This document shows positions 45,801 to 58,224 of a stretch of 64,000 bases of DNA, piece after piece. The stretch covers positions 372,001 to 436,000 of the forward strand of contig NW_026863843.1 in NCBI RefSeq assembly GCF_026571515.1, written 5' to 3'. How positions within the stretch are numbered: the first letter of the stretch is position 1; each line of letters begins with the position of its first letter. Origin of the DNA: Ruditapes philippinarum. Lineage: Eukaryota. The notes below the pieces were generated by a model, which saw only the letters and a list, made by a program, of their open reading frames with translations, did not search any database and had not been told where the DNA came from. Made by a program: the position numbers and the translations under genes.

Positions 45801-48800
45801 TCTTATTCGGGGTTCAAATTTAAGCTCGCATGCTCGCAAAATGCCAGTTAAAGTCTAATACAGAAAGCAGAAATTTCTTGAGCTCACATCTAAATCACAT
45901 CTCATCATTTCAGAAGTTTACATAATTGATATCTTCTGCACATGCTTTTGGTAAGTGCCCACTGCAGAAACTTATGACATTTAACATGTAACTTTAAGTA
46001 AAGATGTTAATCATTAAATGTTCATCGTATGATACAAACCAGGGTCAAGGTCATGTAAATGATCTTGTACCTTACTTGCTTTTTATCCTTCCAGTTAAAT
46101 AAAATCCGGAAATTAAATATTTCATTGGTATATGTATCAGTCCTTAATCTTGCCTAATATCATTATAATTCCAGTTTGACATACCTTCCCTGTGGTACAA
46201 TGAAGATAGCAAATTTATTTGTCAGTTTGTTGGTGGAGTCTACAATAGTAAGGGTGTATCTAGGTGTGGTCTCCATGTCCCCATACAAGGTCAATGACAA
46301 CTGCTCCTCTGTTACTTTTCTATAATCATTGTATAATAAATGTATTACAATATTAATGTATATAGCTAATAAAACATAAAATTTGATAAATAGGCAATGT
46401 TCCATATCATATAAGCAATAAATAATAAATAAGAAAGAAAAGTATATGCCTTGTGTTTACTCGCATCTGTTTATATGATATTTTATATGCAAGCAGCAGT
46501 AAACTTCTATTTCATTTCTTTTGTGATTACTATAAACACATCACCACTGCCAGCTTCATTTGTTAAGGGCCATTCAAAGATCTCACCATGAAGTTTTATC
46601 AAATTTACAAAATAGTTTGGGAAGAAATATTGTTTTAAACAGGTAACAACAAACAACATAGATGTACATCAAATTATCATCAAAGCTCAATTCTGAGCAC
46701 TTTGCACACAAGTGAGTTAAACAATCAAACCATACTTGCCTACTTTTAAGAATAAAGAAATTTTAAAACTTAATTTCAAGAGTTTATAATTAAAATGACA
46801 GACCTTTTAGAGATTCTTTGTCGTATTACAGCAAAATACTGCATTTCTTTCACCAGATTTATAACATCTTCAACACTGCCCAATCTTTCATTCTTATCTT
46901 GTTGTGAACACACCTCTAGAATCTGTAATTATATATTACAGTTCCATTGTATGTATTGTAAATATCCCCAATAATATCATTAGTAGAAATTATGAATAAA
47001 AAAATGAAATATGTTACTAGATATTCTTCACTGACTACAAATTATAATGAGAGGTTCAACAATTCGTTCCGATGCATTGAAAACTAGTTTTGTGAGCACC
47101 ACTTCAATTTCTGATATCAAAGTTCAACTATAACAATATTGATTTGATTCACAACTAAAAGTAAACACATAAAATATTAGTTTTAGTCCCTCCCTCACTG
47201 TCTAGTCTACCATTTTATTTTGTTAGATATGATTGGTTATTTTAACTTATATTTGCAAAATTGTTGCAGCCCTAATAAAAATATAAATTTCTTATGCATT
47301 CTTAGGTGGATAGAAAGTATGCATAGCAAAAAATGTTAATTTATATTTCAATAAGAAAGTTTGTAGAGATTTCTCTAAATAAACAAGTGATTTTGTTGAA
47401 TTGACATTCTAAACTGCATAATACAAATCAATGAAGCTTTGTAGTACATGTATTATATACCTCAGAATAGGAGGGAAAATGAATAAATGGTCTTTATAAA
47501 GCCCACAAAATTTAGCAGTATTAAGCAAAACAGCTGTTATAGTTACTGAAACTTGTTTGTGAATATAATAACATCTCATATGGTTATTAACTTAAAGTAC
47601 ATGTACCTGTTATAATACTAAGAATTACAGACAGGATTCAGTGAGGCATGCAAATTGATGCTTAAATTATCAAATTCATTGAATCCAATTAAACCAGGAA
47701 TGAACAAAAAATTTATTTTGCAATGCTAATTGTGAGAAATACATGAACATATAAGTTGAAGAGAACTTGAAAACTTGCAAAAGTATTTAACGGAATCGTA
47801 AATTCTAAAACATAACAGTTAGATACATGTTTGTGGTAAGTTAAGCATACATTTTGAAAGAGATCTACCAGAGTCCTTAACTATGTAATACAAATAGTGG
47901 TAATATAAAATATTTGATCAGTTATTAAAATATGACTGCATAGCATGATTCATTTAATTTTCCTCAATGTTACACATATCTCTTTATTTTCATCATAGAT
48001 ATGAAATTAGTTAATATTTATTATTTTGTTCCCAACAGCATCTACTTGTTATAGTAGATATTTAATAGGCAGCATAAGAATAAAGTCAGAGAATAGTAAA
48101 TGGGTTGGTTTAAATTTTAAAAAAAGCCTGAAGAGTAAAAACTAATAGATTTTTTCTCTCTGGATAAATTTATTTTAACTATTTAACATGAAACATGCTT
48201 AGTTACTAGCCTGAATTCCTTGAAATCGCATTTTTAATTGTCATGACTGATACAATATATTAACATGTAAAATATTGTTGTTCTTGTTAGAATATATTAA
48301 ACTGTATAATAAGACAATATCTACAACTTCTCCACTTGTATTACCTTAGGAAGTTTGGGATTTTTCTTGAACTTGGTAAAGATTAAAGCAAACACTGGCA
48401 TGTGAAAATCTTTGTCCGAGTTCCCTGATTCTTCAGTATGTATCCGGTGTATTCTCACAGCCCAGCCTCTAAACAAGAAATCATTATTGCAATGTCATAC
48501 ATGTATATTTTTAGTTATAAAGATTTTTGACAGCTTATATGGCCCTATATAAACGGTTGTTTGTAAATATAACCCGAGCCACTAGGCGAGGGTTATATTT
48601 ACAAACAACCGTTTATATACGGCCATTTAATCTGTAAGAAATATTTATAACAAATTTATAATACAGCAAGCATCATTTTTAGAGGATTAAAGTACAATTT
48701 CTTCATAAATCGACAGCAGCGATGTATATAAAACTATATATTAACTTTATGATTATCCAAGGCTTTACAAGCTTCTCCTCATTTGAAGTTACTTATTCTT

Positions 48801-51800
48801 ATTATTATTTTTTGAGGACAAACTTCTAAAAAGCTGCTCTCTGTATTCGATATTTGAAAAATTATTTACAAGAAAAGTATAACAAAGCTTGAATGACAGT
48901 CGTCATGTTAAAGTATTATTGAATTTTGCACCAAAAACTCAATTACTTGTCTTTTCAGAGTTAAGCATGTACCAGATAAACATGTATATATGTTACATTA
49001 AAATCAAGACTTCTCAGGAAACATAGTATAATAATATATAATAGTGATTGTTACTTTTCTGAGAAGAATTGTATAACTTTATCAAGGATATGTTGCTGCA
49101 GCAATGATATACATATGTAGCGGCCCATCAGTTTTAGTACTCTTTCTATTTCATTAAACATCTGTTCAACATCATGTACAACTTTCTCACTACTATCTAC
49201 CATCAATGCATCAAGTGTTCCTTTATCTAAGGCTACAGTAAATTCATTGTCTGCAAACTCCATCTAAAATTTGAAACAAAAGATTAGTTAACGCTTGAAA
49301 CAAAAGAAATTTGTTTCACGTGAAGAGCTTTATCCTATGATGTTTCTACGGAAATACCCCATAACTTCAGACATGAAAAATATTTTCATCATTAATATAT
49401 CCTTGTGAGAACACTATATTAGGACATTTATATCATTTATATATCATCAAACAATTTATATTTCAGACATTAATCTCTATTATGCTAATTAACAAAATGC
49501 AAGAAACATCAGTCAAAGACACAAGTATTCAAAAAGCATATCTGTTCTAAACAGTATGAATGTAATCTTAACTAAAAATTGAAGTTTTTTGTTGTTTTCT
49601 TTAGGTTGGGTTTTACGTTACACCAACACAGTCATATGACATCTTTCCAGCTTTAATGATAGGAAGACCTCAGGTGCCCCTCCATGCATGCATTACTGCA
49701 CCTAAGTAGAACCGCCAACATACTATAAGCTAGCTGAATAGTGTCCTCACATGAAAGAATCCAAAGTCCCTGGCTGGGTTCGAACCTACAGTGGCGAGGG
49801 GACAAGTATGCATCCATGGAAATATCATCAATCTTAAGCGATTCATGGAATAAACCCTTTGCCTTTGAACTGTTAGTGATTTTCCTTTGTCTTCTCTTCA
49901 GTCTGACCAGGCTGCCTGACCAAATTTTCATCTCAAAAATCAATCTGATTAAAATCTGAACCTAAATAAAGCTACATGTATTCTTTATGCTACATGTAAA
50001 CAGTTCCAAAAATAAAAGCTGGACGAGTCTATTAAAAACTTGTAAAAAGGTTAAAGGTAAATAAAAAGCATATTATATTTACACTCACTATTAATAAATG
50101 TTTCTTACATTTAAGACATCCATTTTTAAAAACTTCATATCTGGACGTTGTTGCTGATTTTTATCAACCATCTGTCTGATGACGGTATCACTGATATCTA
50201 TGTTAACTATCTTATGGTAGCCGACATCGTATAGGTCGGCACTGAGTTGAGAATTACCACAACCTACCATCAGCAGATTGTCCTGTGGTTTGATATATTT
50301 ATGAAGTACTCCACATAGTTCCGGATATTCTCCATACCTGCACAGAAAGATTCTTGTTTATATAATATATTGTTCAATTGTCTACAAATTTAAAACATAC
50401 ATATATTATTTGTTATTTGTTACTACAAATTTTCAATTAGCAGCAATATCATAAGATAGTCAAAAAACACTTAAACTAGAGTCATTATTTTCTATTTTCA
50501 ATTTCAGGGGTGTGATAGATGGATGGATGTTCTCATTTCAAGTTGGCTTTACACAGGATTTTTCTTTCATAAAAAACTTTTTCTCATTCAATAAGCAACT
50601 TTTTATCCCACAAGTATACTTTGTACTGTACAGTAAAAACATAGACATTCCTCCTTTAATGTCACCAGGTGCATTCTTTGTTCATACAAATGGATGAACA
50701 AGGCTTGGACTATAAATATGCTTGGACTAGGAGGGTTACCAATTTTGTTCCTGAATGACACGAAAATGTAAATAAAATTACACATGTCTAACTCTCCCAA
50801 TTTGAGCTGGTGTTCATGTGTGAAAATTAATTTGATCTTATATACAAAACAAATAAATTTTCTATCTATTTCATGCTTTTTAAGATGCTTATAATTGTAT
50901 AAGGTCCATTAAGCCTATACCTTGTTACAAAGTATCTTTATAAAATATACTTCTACTTTTTCATCATACTGCTTTAAAATCATTTACGATCACTCTAAGC
51001 AGGTATACATTGTATACATTAAAGAGACAGAGCTCTATGGAATTACAGTCAACCCGGCCCCAAGTTAACCCGGCCCCAAGTCAACCCGGCCTCAAAATTG
51101 GTCAACCTGGCCCCAAAATTGGTCAATCCAGCCCCACAGTATTTTTATTTGGTCAATGCGGCCCCAAAATTGGTCAATGCGGCCCAAAAATCGGTCATTC
51201 CGGCCCCAAAATATATATTTTCAAAGAAAATTATTTAAGTCATCTTGTTGTATGATGGAATAAAAATGATTTATTATTAATTGTACCAAATTTAACGATT
51301 ATTTGCATGTTATTTCACTGTAATCCAGACAAAAAAACCCACTTACTTTATAAAATATAAGTCATATAATGATATTTGATATCTTCTGTTCTTCACAGAT
51401 ATGATTTTATATATATATATAAAAACAAGCATTTGATAGTATTGCGGGCAATACAGTAGTCCCCTACCGGTCCCTCAAAAAGTTCTTTAATTGTCATACA
51501 CTCCTGTGTATTGCCATTTATAATGAATTTGAGGATGAAGTCTGTATTTGAAAATATCAACCACAAAACATAATAAAATAAGTTTGTCTATATCACAGTA
51601 ATGTGTTAAGTTTCCATGCTTAGTAAGGAAATTATGTTTATACAACCTTGTCATATTATTACGATGTGGGATTTTAAAGTAAATCCTATAAGGAATGAAG
51701 AAGTTGGAGTGAAAATACCAGTTTCTCGAAAAAATCTAAGTTCAAGGGGGACATAATTCTGGAAATAGTCTTGCTAGAGTATTTAACCTTCTCAAAAATG

Positions 51801-54800
51801 TCGAGTGATAATAAGAAACATATATATGAAGTTTGAAGTAGATACATTAGGAAATAAAGAAGTTATTTAAAAAAGACAACATTTTTCCCCTAAAAAATCT
51901 AAGTTCAAAGGAGGTAATACTGATATTTTTTGTGCTAGAGTTATAAACCTTGTCACATATGATGTGGTTGATGACCAGAAACTTATATTTAAAGTTTGAA
52001 GTAAACACCTTAAGAAATAAAGAACATATAGTGAAAAAGCTGAAAAATTTAAATCAGAAATCTTGAAATTCAGGCTATTTGTTGCCATAGCAACCAGAAT
52101 TTTCAACATAGGAAGAAAAGAAAAAGATGTGCATAATCTCCAGACTGCCATCTACCCATATTTCAAGTTTCATAAAAATATTTTCAGTACTTTTTGAGTT
52201 ATCACTGGATCCAGTTTATGTGTTAAATTTGCCATATTTTCAGACTATTTGTTAATATTTAAAAAAATCTAAGTTAAAGGGGGACATAATTCTGGAAATA
52301 GTCTTGCTAGAGTATTTAACCTTCTCAAAAATGTCGAGTGATAATAAGAAACATATATATGAAGTTTGAAGTAGATACATTAGGAAATAAAGAAGTTATT
52401 TAAACAAGAGCTGTCCGTAAGACAGCGCGCTCGACTTTTTTATTGCTTGCCAATAAAAAAAGTTTTTGCAGTAAAAGGCAATACAAGAATCTCTGTATTT
52501 TTAAAGTGAACAATGGCCATGAGCATTAAGATATTTAGTGAAGAATTATTTTACTGAATTGTGTGATACCCTTGAACACTGCAGCAAAGTTTGAAATGTT
52601 TAAGTCAAAAGAGGGCTGGTAAGAAAGAAAAAAAAACTGAGTTGAGCCTTAAATAAATTTAATAGTATTATACTACTGATTTTAATTTCAAGTACAAAAA
52701 GAGAAAAATAACTAGTTGTTTGATACCCTTGAATATTACAGCAATGTTTATATGACATAATTTATGGTAAAGTGAACAAGTGGATAGGAATGAATTTTTT
52801 TAGATTTTTTAAGTTTTTTTAGTGCTTGCCTATAATACAAAACATTGACAGTTAAGGGCCATAATTCAAATAAAATCTTTGACAGAATTACCTTCTCCTG
52901 GACATGTTTGGGAATCATGATTGTAAACAAGTATTCCAACTTTCAAATTAATATCTCAAACAGTTCAGTCAAAAAGTGGACTGGTACTAAAAACTTAACC
53001 AAGATTCTAAGTCGATAAAAGGCCTTAATTTTTAAAACAAATCCTTGACAGAGTTACCTTCTCTTGCGTACAGATGGGGGTAATGATGTGAAATAGCATT
53101 AAAAGTTTCAAAGCAATATCTCAAAGGGTTAAGGCAATAAGTGGATTTTACCCATATTCAATGTATTTTCTAAGTCAAAAAGGGGCATAATTCTGTCAAA
53201 AACCTTGACAGAGTTATGTCCTCTTGTCTGTTGATGAAGTCGTGATGGTAAACAAGTATGGTCAGTTTCAAAGCAATACCTCCAATGGTTTTGAAATAAA
53301 GTGAGGTGGTACAAAAAACTTAACCAAGCTCAATACACTTTCTAAGTCAAAAAAGGGCCATAATTCTGTCAAAAACCTTGACAGAGTTATGTACTCTTGT
53401 CTGTAGATGGAGGTTATGATGGTGAACAAGTATGGTAAGTTTCAAAGCCATACTTGTAATACTTCTGAAATAAAGTGGGGTGGTACGAAAAACTTAACCA
53501 AGGTGTGACGCCAACGCCGACGCCGACGCCGGGGCGAGTAGGATAGCTCCCCTTTTCATAGAAAAGTCGAGCTAAAAAGACAACATTTTTTCCCCTAAAA
53601 AATCTAAGTTCAAGGGAGGTAATACTGATATTTTTTGTGCTAGAGTTATAAACCTTGTCACATATGATGTGGTTGATGACCAGAAACTTATATTTAAAGT
53701 TTGAAGTAAACACCTTAAGAAATAAAGAACATATAGTGAAAAAGCTGAAAAATTTAAATCAGAAATCTTGAAATTCAGGCTATTTGTTGCCATAGCAACC
53801 AGAATTTTCAACATAGGAAGAAAAGAAAAAGATGTGCATAATCTCCAGACTGCCATCTACCCATATTTCAAGTTTCATAAAAATATTTTCAGTACTTTTT
53901 GAGTTATCACTGGATCCAGTTTATGTGTTAAATTTGCCATATTTTCAGACTATTTGTTGCCATAGCAACCAGAATTTTCAACATAGGAAGAAAAAAAAAA
54001 GACGTGCATAATCTCCATACTGCCATCTATCCATATATCAAGTTTCATAAAAATATTTTCAGTACTTTTTGCGTTATCGCGGGATCCAGTTTTGTGGACG
54101 GACGGACTGACGGACTGACAGACTGACAGACAGACAGACAGACGGACAGACAGACGGACAGACAGACAGACGGACGGAGGGTAAACCTAAAGTCCCCTCC
54201 GGTTAAACCGGTAGGGGACTAAAAACAAATATAACTTATAACTTTTTTATTTAAGCCTGATGAAGAGTATTGTATTACTCGAAACTAGTAGCCAATAAAA
54301 ACTTTTAAAACTTGACCTGGTGTTGTACGTGTGTTCCTCACCTACATTACTTATTTTTTTATTTATAAACCAAATTTAACGATATATTGCATATAAAATC
54401 ATTTTATTATTAATCAAGAAAACTTAATAAAAAAAATTATCAATTTATAAAATATAAGTCATATTCGGTATCTTCTGTTCGCTACGGATATGACTTTTAT
54501 AGAACGTAATTCGAATATAACTTATAACTTTTTTATTTATGGACAAAATTTAACGATATTTTGCATGTAAAATCATTTTATTATTATAAAACATCGTATC
54601 AAGAAAAAATAATAAAAAATAATTACTTTGTAAAATATAAGTGTTTATATTTTAAAGCAAAATAAATAATAAAAAAATGGGGCCAGGTTGACCAGAAATA
54701 ACATTGGTTTGGGGCCGGGTTGACCAATTTGGGGACGGGCTGACTTGGGGCCGGGTTGACTTGGGGCCGGGTTGACTTGTACTGGCTCTATGAGATACAA

Positions 54801-55211
54801 GGGAATCTGGAAACCAGTCCTTAGCTCTTATTGAATAGACCCCTTGGTTCTTTTACATGCCCAGTGTATAGCACTGATACATGTGAGGATTACCTGGATT
54901 TCTTACCAGTACACCTCTGAAAGTGTCTCTGAAAAATCCCAAGGGTGTAACCCAGGATTGAACCCGGGACCTAAGGAGTGATTTATAATCAGTAGTTTAA
55001 CCAAGTGAGCTATCGCGCCACCTATATCTATTACATCAACATGATTGATGGTCTAACTTGTGTTAAATGTGTTGAAATACGGTCTCCCTTATCCCAAGAT
55101 TGACCAAATTTTAACTTACCATTCAAAAGCTTTTGCTCCTCTCTTTTTAAAGAATTCTTCCCAGTATTCTGCTTTCACAAACTCATTGTAGTTTTTTGGC
55201 AACAAATTCAT
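36882..55211 (-). CDS. METTL13: eEF1A lysine and N-terminal methyltransferase (METTL13/EEF1AKNMT), ~677 aa, 13 coding exons
   Basis: Exons 55211-55120, 50337-50109, 49263-49055, 48468-48345, 46922-46804, 46319-46185, 45245-45059, 44727-44547, 40431-40297, 39591-39515, 39058-38923, 37950-37822, 37162-36882. All introns are GT-AG, phases are consistent, total 2034 nt. Motifs: MNLLPK..EF...[67 protein letters not shown]. Confidence 0.95.
38140..38452 (-). mobile_element. Short HINE remnant in a METTL13 intron
   Basis: GGACGGACAGACAGACGG microsatellite next to the hairpin ATGCCTCCCAAAA...TTTTGGGAGACAT. Confidence 0.6.
40484..41697 (-). mobile_element. HINE with ~162-bp central tandem repeats
   Basis: Terminal palindrome GTGTCCATAGGACAC, subterminal repeats TGCCCCCAC / GTGGGGGCAC, GACA/GACG motif, ~5-6 units containing GTTTCATGACTCTAGGTCAAATAC. 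Confidence 0.85.
42324..44498 (-). mobile_element. HINE with ~165-bp central tandem repeats
   Basis: Palindrome GGGCCATGATGGCCC, subterminal repeats GCTCACCTG / CAGGTGAGCT, GGAC microsatellite, ~12 units containing GGGGCGGGGCCAATTTTGACCCC. Same family as 63542-64000. Confidence 0.9.
48528..48640. repeat. Near-perfect palindromic MITE-like element in a METTL13 intron
   Basis: ATGGCC.TATATAAACGGTTGTTTGTAAATATAACCC-loop-GGGTTATATTTACAAACAACCGTTTATATA.GGCCAT. Confidence 0.85.
49603..49807 (-). mobile_element. tRNA-derived SINE, family 1 (5' truncated)
   Basis: Homologous to 2505-2753, with B box GGGTTCGAACC. Confidence 0.75.
51425..54222 (-). mobile_element. HINE-A nested in the 51040-54784 element
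   Basis: Palindrome TATTGCGGGCAATA, subterminal repeats AGTCCCCTACCGG / CCGGTAGGGGACT, (GACA/GACG)n at 54095-54178, internal direct repeats. Confidence 0.85.
52404..53575 (-). mobile_element. HINE-B nested in HINE-A
   Basis: Palindrome GCTGTCCGTAAGACAGC, subterminal repeats GCTCGACTTTT / AAAAGTCGAGCT, (GACGCC)n. It splits the HINE-A unit AAGTTATTTAA|AAAAGACAAC, which is intact at ~51860. Confidence 0.85.
54253..54364 (+). ncRNA. Minimal type I hammerhead ribozyme motif in a probable Penelope-like element fragment
   Basis: CTGATGA (54257-63), extra A, helix II GAGTA/TACTC, GAAA (54281-84), palindromic helix III ACTAGT, GUA cleavage triplet. The ~110-bp insert is flanked by TTTTTTATTT repeats. 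Confidence 0.7.
54793..55022 (-). mobile_element. tRNA-derived SINE, family 2
   Basis: Minus-strand head GGTGGCGCGATAGCTCACTTGGTTAAA...GGGTTCAATCC (A and B boxes). Confidence 0.75.
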
Positions 55212-57356
55212 TATGAATCATAAGCAGATAAGGATGTCCTAAAAATAAAAAATAAACCAATGACATGAAATATAAACATTTTTAAGATCAAATTAACTGA
55301 AACATGTACATTGTACAGTTGTAATAGGGCAACTTGTCATATTCTGATACTTATTTATTTGGAAATAAAAATATCAGTGGCAAAGTTTGTGTCAGTGTTT
55401 TTACCAAAATTCTAAGTCTATGGATTCTCAAAATAACGTCTGCCTTATGATTTAATCGTTTTAATTGAGGTTAAGTACTTCATAATCAAAACACATGATA
55501 GGATTTTCTGCTATGGAATCTTTCTAACTTGCACCGTTTTTAGTTTTTGTTGTTTCTAATAGAGGAGAGTACCAGGAAATGTAAAAAATCACTTTAATTT
55601 TTAACCTGCATTTTGTTTGTAAAAAATCATCTTAATATGGAGTTCTATTTAACTTTGTAGCTAAATTCATGAAATAAAATTGAACTTTGCATTATAAGAA
55701 CGCTTGAGTTCCGGAAGATAAAAAGTGTGTTGTCATGAGAAGTAGAGTAGTATTCGGATGTACAGACACTTAGTCAAAGGAATGGATGGATCGAGCTTAA
55801 GCTTATGACTTCATCCTTATTGAGTGCACCCCTTTAAAAACTAATTCCTTTTCCATAGATCTCAACTCATGCACTATTGTTATCCAACAAACCATTGAAA
55901 TAATAATATGAAATTAGGCAAAGCCTATGAACGGGGAAGTCGTTAAAAAAATCCTTTCATTCTTTCCGTTTTAAAGCTGTCATTCGATATTACATACACC
56001 GCTTCCGTTTTTACTCGGAACACTCGACGATTATTACTAATCCGAAAAGTTGAGATTTGTTCCGTTATCGGAATACCCCGCCTATTATCATTGACATACA
56101 TTGTAAATGGCGGCGCCGGACTAGAACTGACACTGAAAATTTCATTGATAGGTAGGGTCAATCCGTATAAAGTCGGACGACGTATAAAGTCGGACAGATG
56201 TCAGAAAACCACGTTTTATAACACTAATTCAATCATAACCGACTCAAGAGGCTTACATTTAGTGATTCAAAGACCTTTAAATCATTAAATTACACAGTTG
56301 CATAATCTTTACACCAACACCGTTTACGTATACACATTAATGTGTGACGTAACACACATCCTTTTCACGACTACACTTTCTGTCATTTGGCGGGTCATTT
56401 GAATCATTTGGTGCGTTTTCAGTGTTTTTCATATTACTTACATCAGCGCTTAAATTTAAATGAACACTTCGAAACTATTAACATTAAAATTGATATTAAA
56501 ACGAAATTTTGAAATAAATATTTGGAAAATAAATATAAAATTAAAGAAAATTGAATTGTCCGAAGTTTAACTATCTCTTTTTGCATCTAGTTAAAAGTCG
56601 GACAGATGAAAGTGCAAAGTTCTGTCCTTAAGTGTAATATAAGGTTTTAGATTCGATAATGCTATTCAGATTACACTCCTTAATTTAAAAAGACAATCAT
56701 TGTCTGGATGAATATAAGATTATTAATTTGAGTATTAACTTTGATTTATTACATTTATTTTCACACACAATCATATAGATCTAGATCTAATTTTAACCTT
56801 AATGGCTTTATACAGGACAAACTTACAAATCTAGATCTATATGCATTTTATAAGTCTTTAAATTTGCAACATTTGGCCTACATTGAACCACCCATAGACA
56901 CTTGCGATTTTGGAGCTCAAAACGCCTTCAAAATCAAAATAAAATTCACATTTCAACGTCTATGAGATAAGATATAGATCTATATATTGTTATATATATT
57001 ACGTATTATTATAGACATTGAAATATTTTTTTCAAAACGGCTTTTAAGTTTTTAATATAGATCTATATATCATATAAGTATTCGTCCTGGGATTGACAAA
57101 TATATATTTATTTGGATTTAAAAGGCGTTTTGGAACTCCACACCCCAAGTGTCTGTAGAACCACCTTAAAACATTAAAGCCATTCGTACAAATTCATCAA
57201 GTAGATCTAAATGAACTATGAGTTTTAACTTTTAAGTCATGCGAACTTTTGCTAAGACAAGCTCATATAAATTGATATCGGGTTTTCATCAACTCTTATT
57301 AAATATAGATCTTAATTGTAAACTATTTTAAGACAATACAACTATTTTCTTAGGAA

Positions 57357-57743
57357 ATGAAGAAAGTCATTATCGAAAGTCTGTTTGCAGTTGGCATGCA
57401 TCATCATGGCCGTAGATCTCTAGAAGTTGGCGCTCAATACCGTGGAAAGCCTGAACCAGACAATAAATTTGACAAAAATGCTATCGCCATATATTCTCAT
57501 CCTAATGCTCTTTTGAGTGCTTATTTGCGCCGTAAAGACGCTAGACTCATTTCTGACTTTTGCAGAAATGGTTTGGTTGAAGGACCAATTGTAATAAAAC
57601 CAAAATTTGAGCCTGTTTGTCGGGCTCGTGTTGGCCCATCTCAACGTTGTAATGTAGGGTTCTTCACAAAGAATGAACATGTGAAGGACATTGAGAAAAT
57701 TTCAAACGAACATGCTATTTATGTCAGATTCCTGGATTGCTGA
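57357..57743 (+). CDS. Stand-alone HIRAN-domain protein (128 aa) inside the transposon
   Basis: AVGMHHHG...LEVGAQYRGKPEPDNKFDKNAIAIY...LSAYLRRKDARLIS matches the HIRAN pattern VG...EPxNxyDxNAIxV...GYl.r..A..l. ORF is intact and has acceptor TTTTCTTAG 3 nt upstream. Confidence 0.8.
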   Translation: MKKVIIESLFAVGMHHHGRRSLEVGAQYRGKPEPDNKFDKNAIAIYSHPNALLSAYLRRKDARLISDFCRNGLVEGPIVIKPKFEPVCRARVGPSQRCNVGFFTKNEHVKDIEKISNEHAIYVRFLDC

Positions 57744-58029
57744 TATATACAGCTTTATGTTAATGTCACATATTTGTTTCGTCATACTTTCTTGAGCGTC
57801 TGTTGCTTATACGATGTTTTATTGGTTTATGAAATAGATATAGAAATTCAGTGAAAAGTTTTGTTTTATTGTATACCTAAAAGGAAGCAAACTAATGAAC
57901 TTCCAGCTGTTCTTTAATATTTTTTTTGTTCCAATCCTATCCATCAAGCCTTTTTTGTTTATTACTGAAGTAAAAAAATATCCATATCAAACCCATATTG
58001 TACTCTACCAAGCCGTGTTTTGACTTGTA

Positions 58030-58198
58030 CTCGCTGTCGTCGTCGTCATCATCACATAATAATAATAATAATAATGATAAATATAATAATAATGTTGATA
58101 ATAATATGATAATAATCATAATCATCAATACCACCTATATCATCATCACATCATCATTGTCAGAACTACCACCACACTCACCATCATCATCATCATAA
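58030..58198. repeat. (AAT)/(CAT) low-complexity tract between the two transposon ORFs
   Basis: Direct reading of the sequence. Confidence 0.85.
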
Positions 58199-58224
58199 TT
58201 GCTTGTATCATTTGGCTTTCAGCT

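Larger units (their letters stand above)
51040..54784. mobile_element. Non-autonomous DNA transposon with repetitive TIRs and an 8-bp TSD, hosting nested elements
   Basis: Arrays of GTCAACCCGGCCCCAA (left) and TTGGGGCCGGGTTGAC (right). GCTCTATG duplicated at 51032-51039 and 54785-54792. Confidence 0.85.

Noticed and set aside
49875-49905. Second hammerhead-like CTGAAGA...GAAA on the minus strand
   Set aside because: The intervening sequence cannot form helix II.
51867-53856. Duplicated 94-aa ORFs (MAVWRLCTS...)
   Set aside because: Chance ORFs within the direct repeats of HINE-A.
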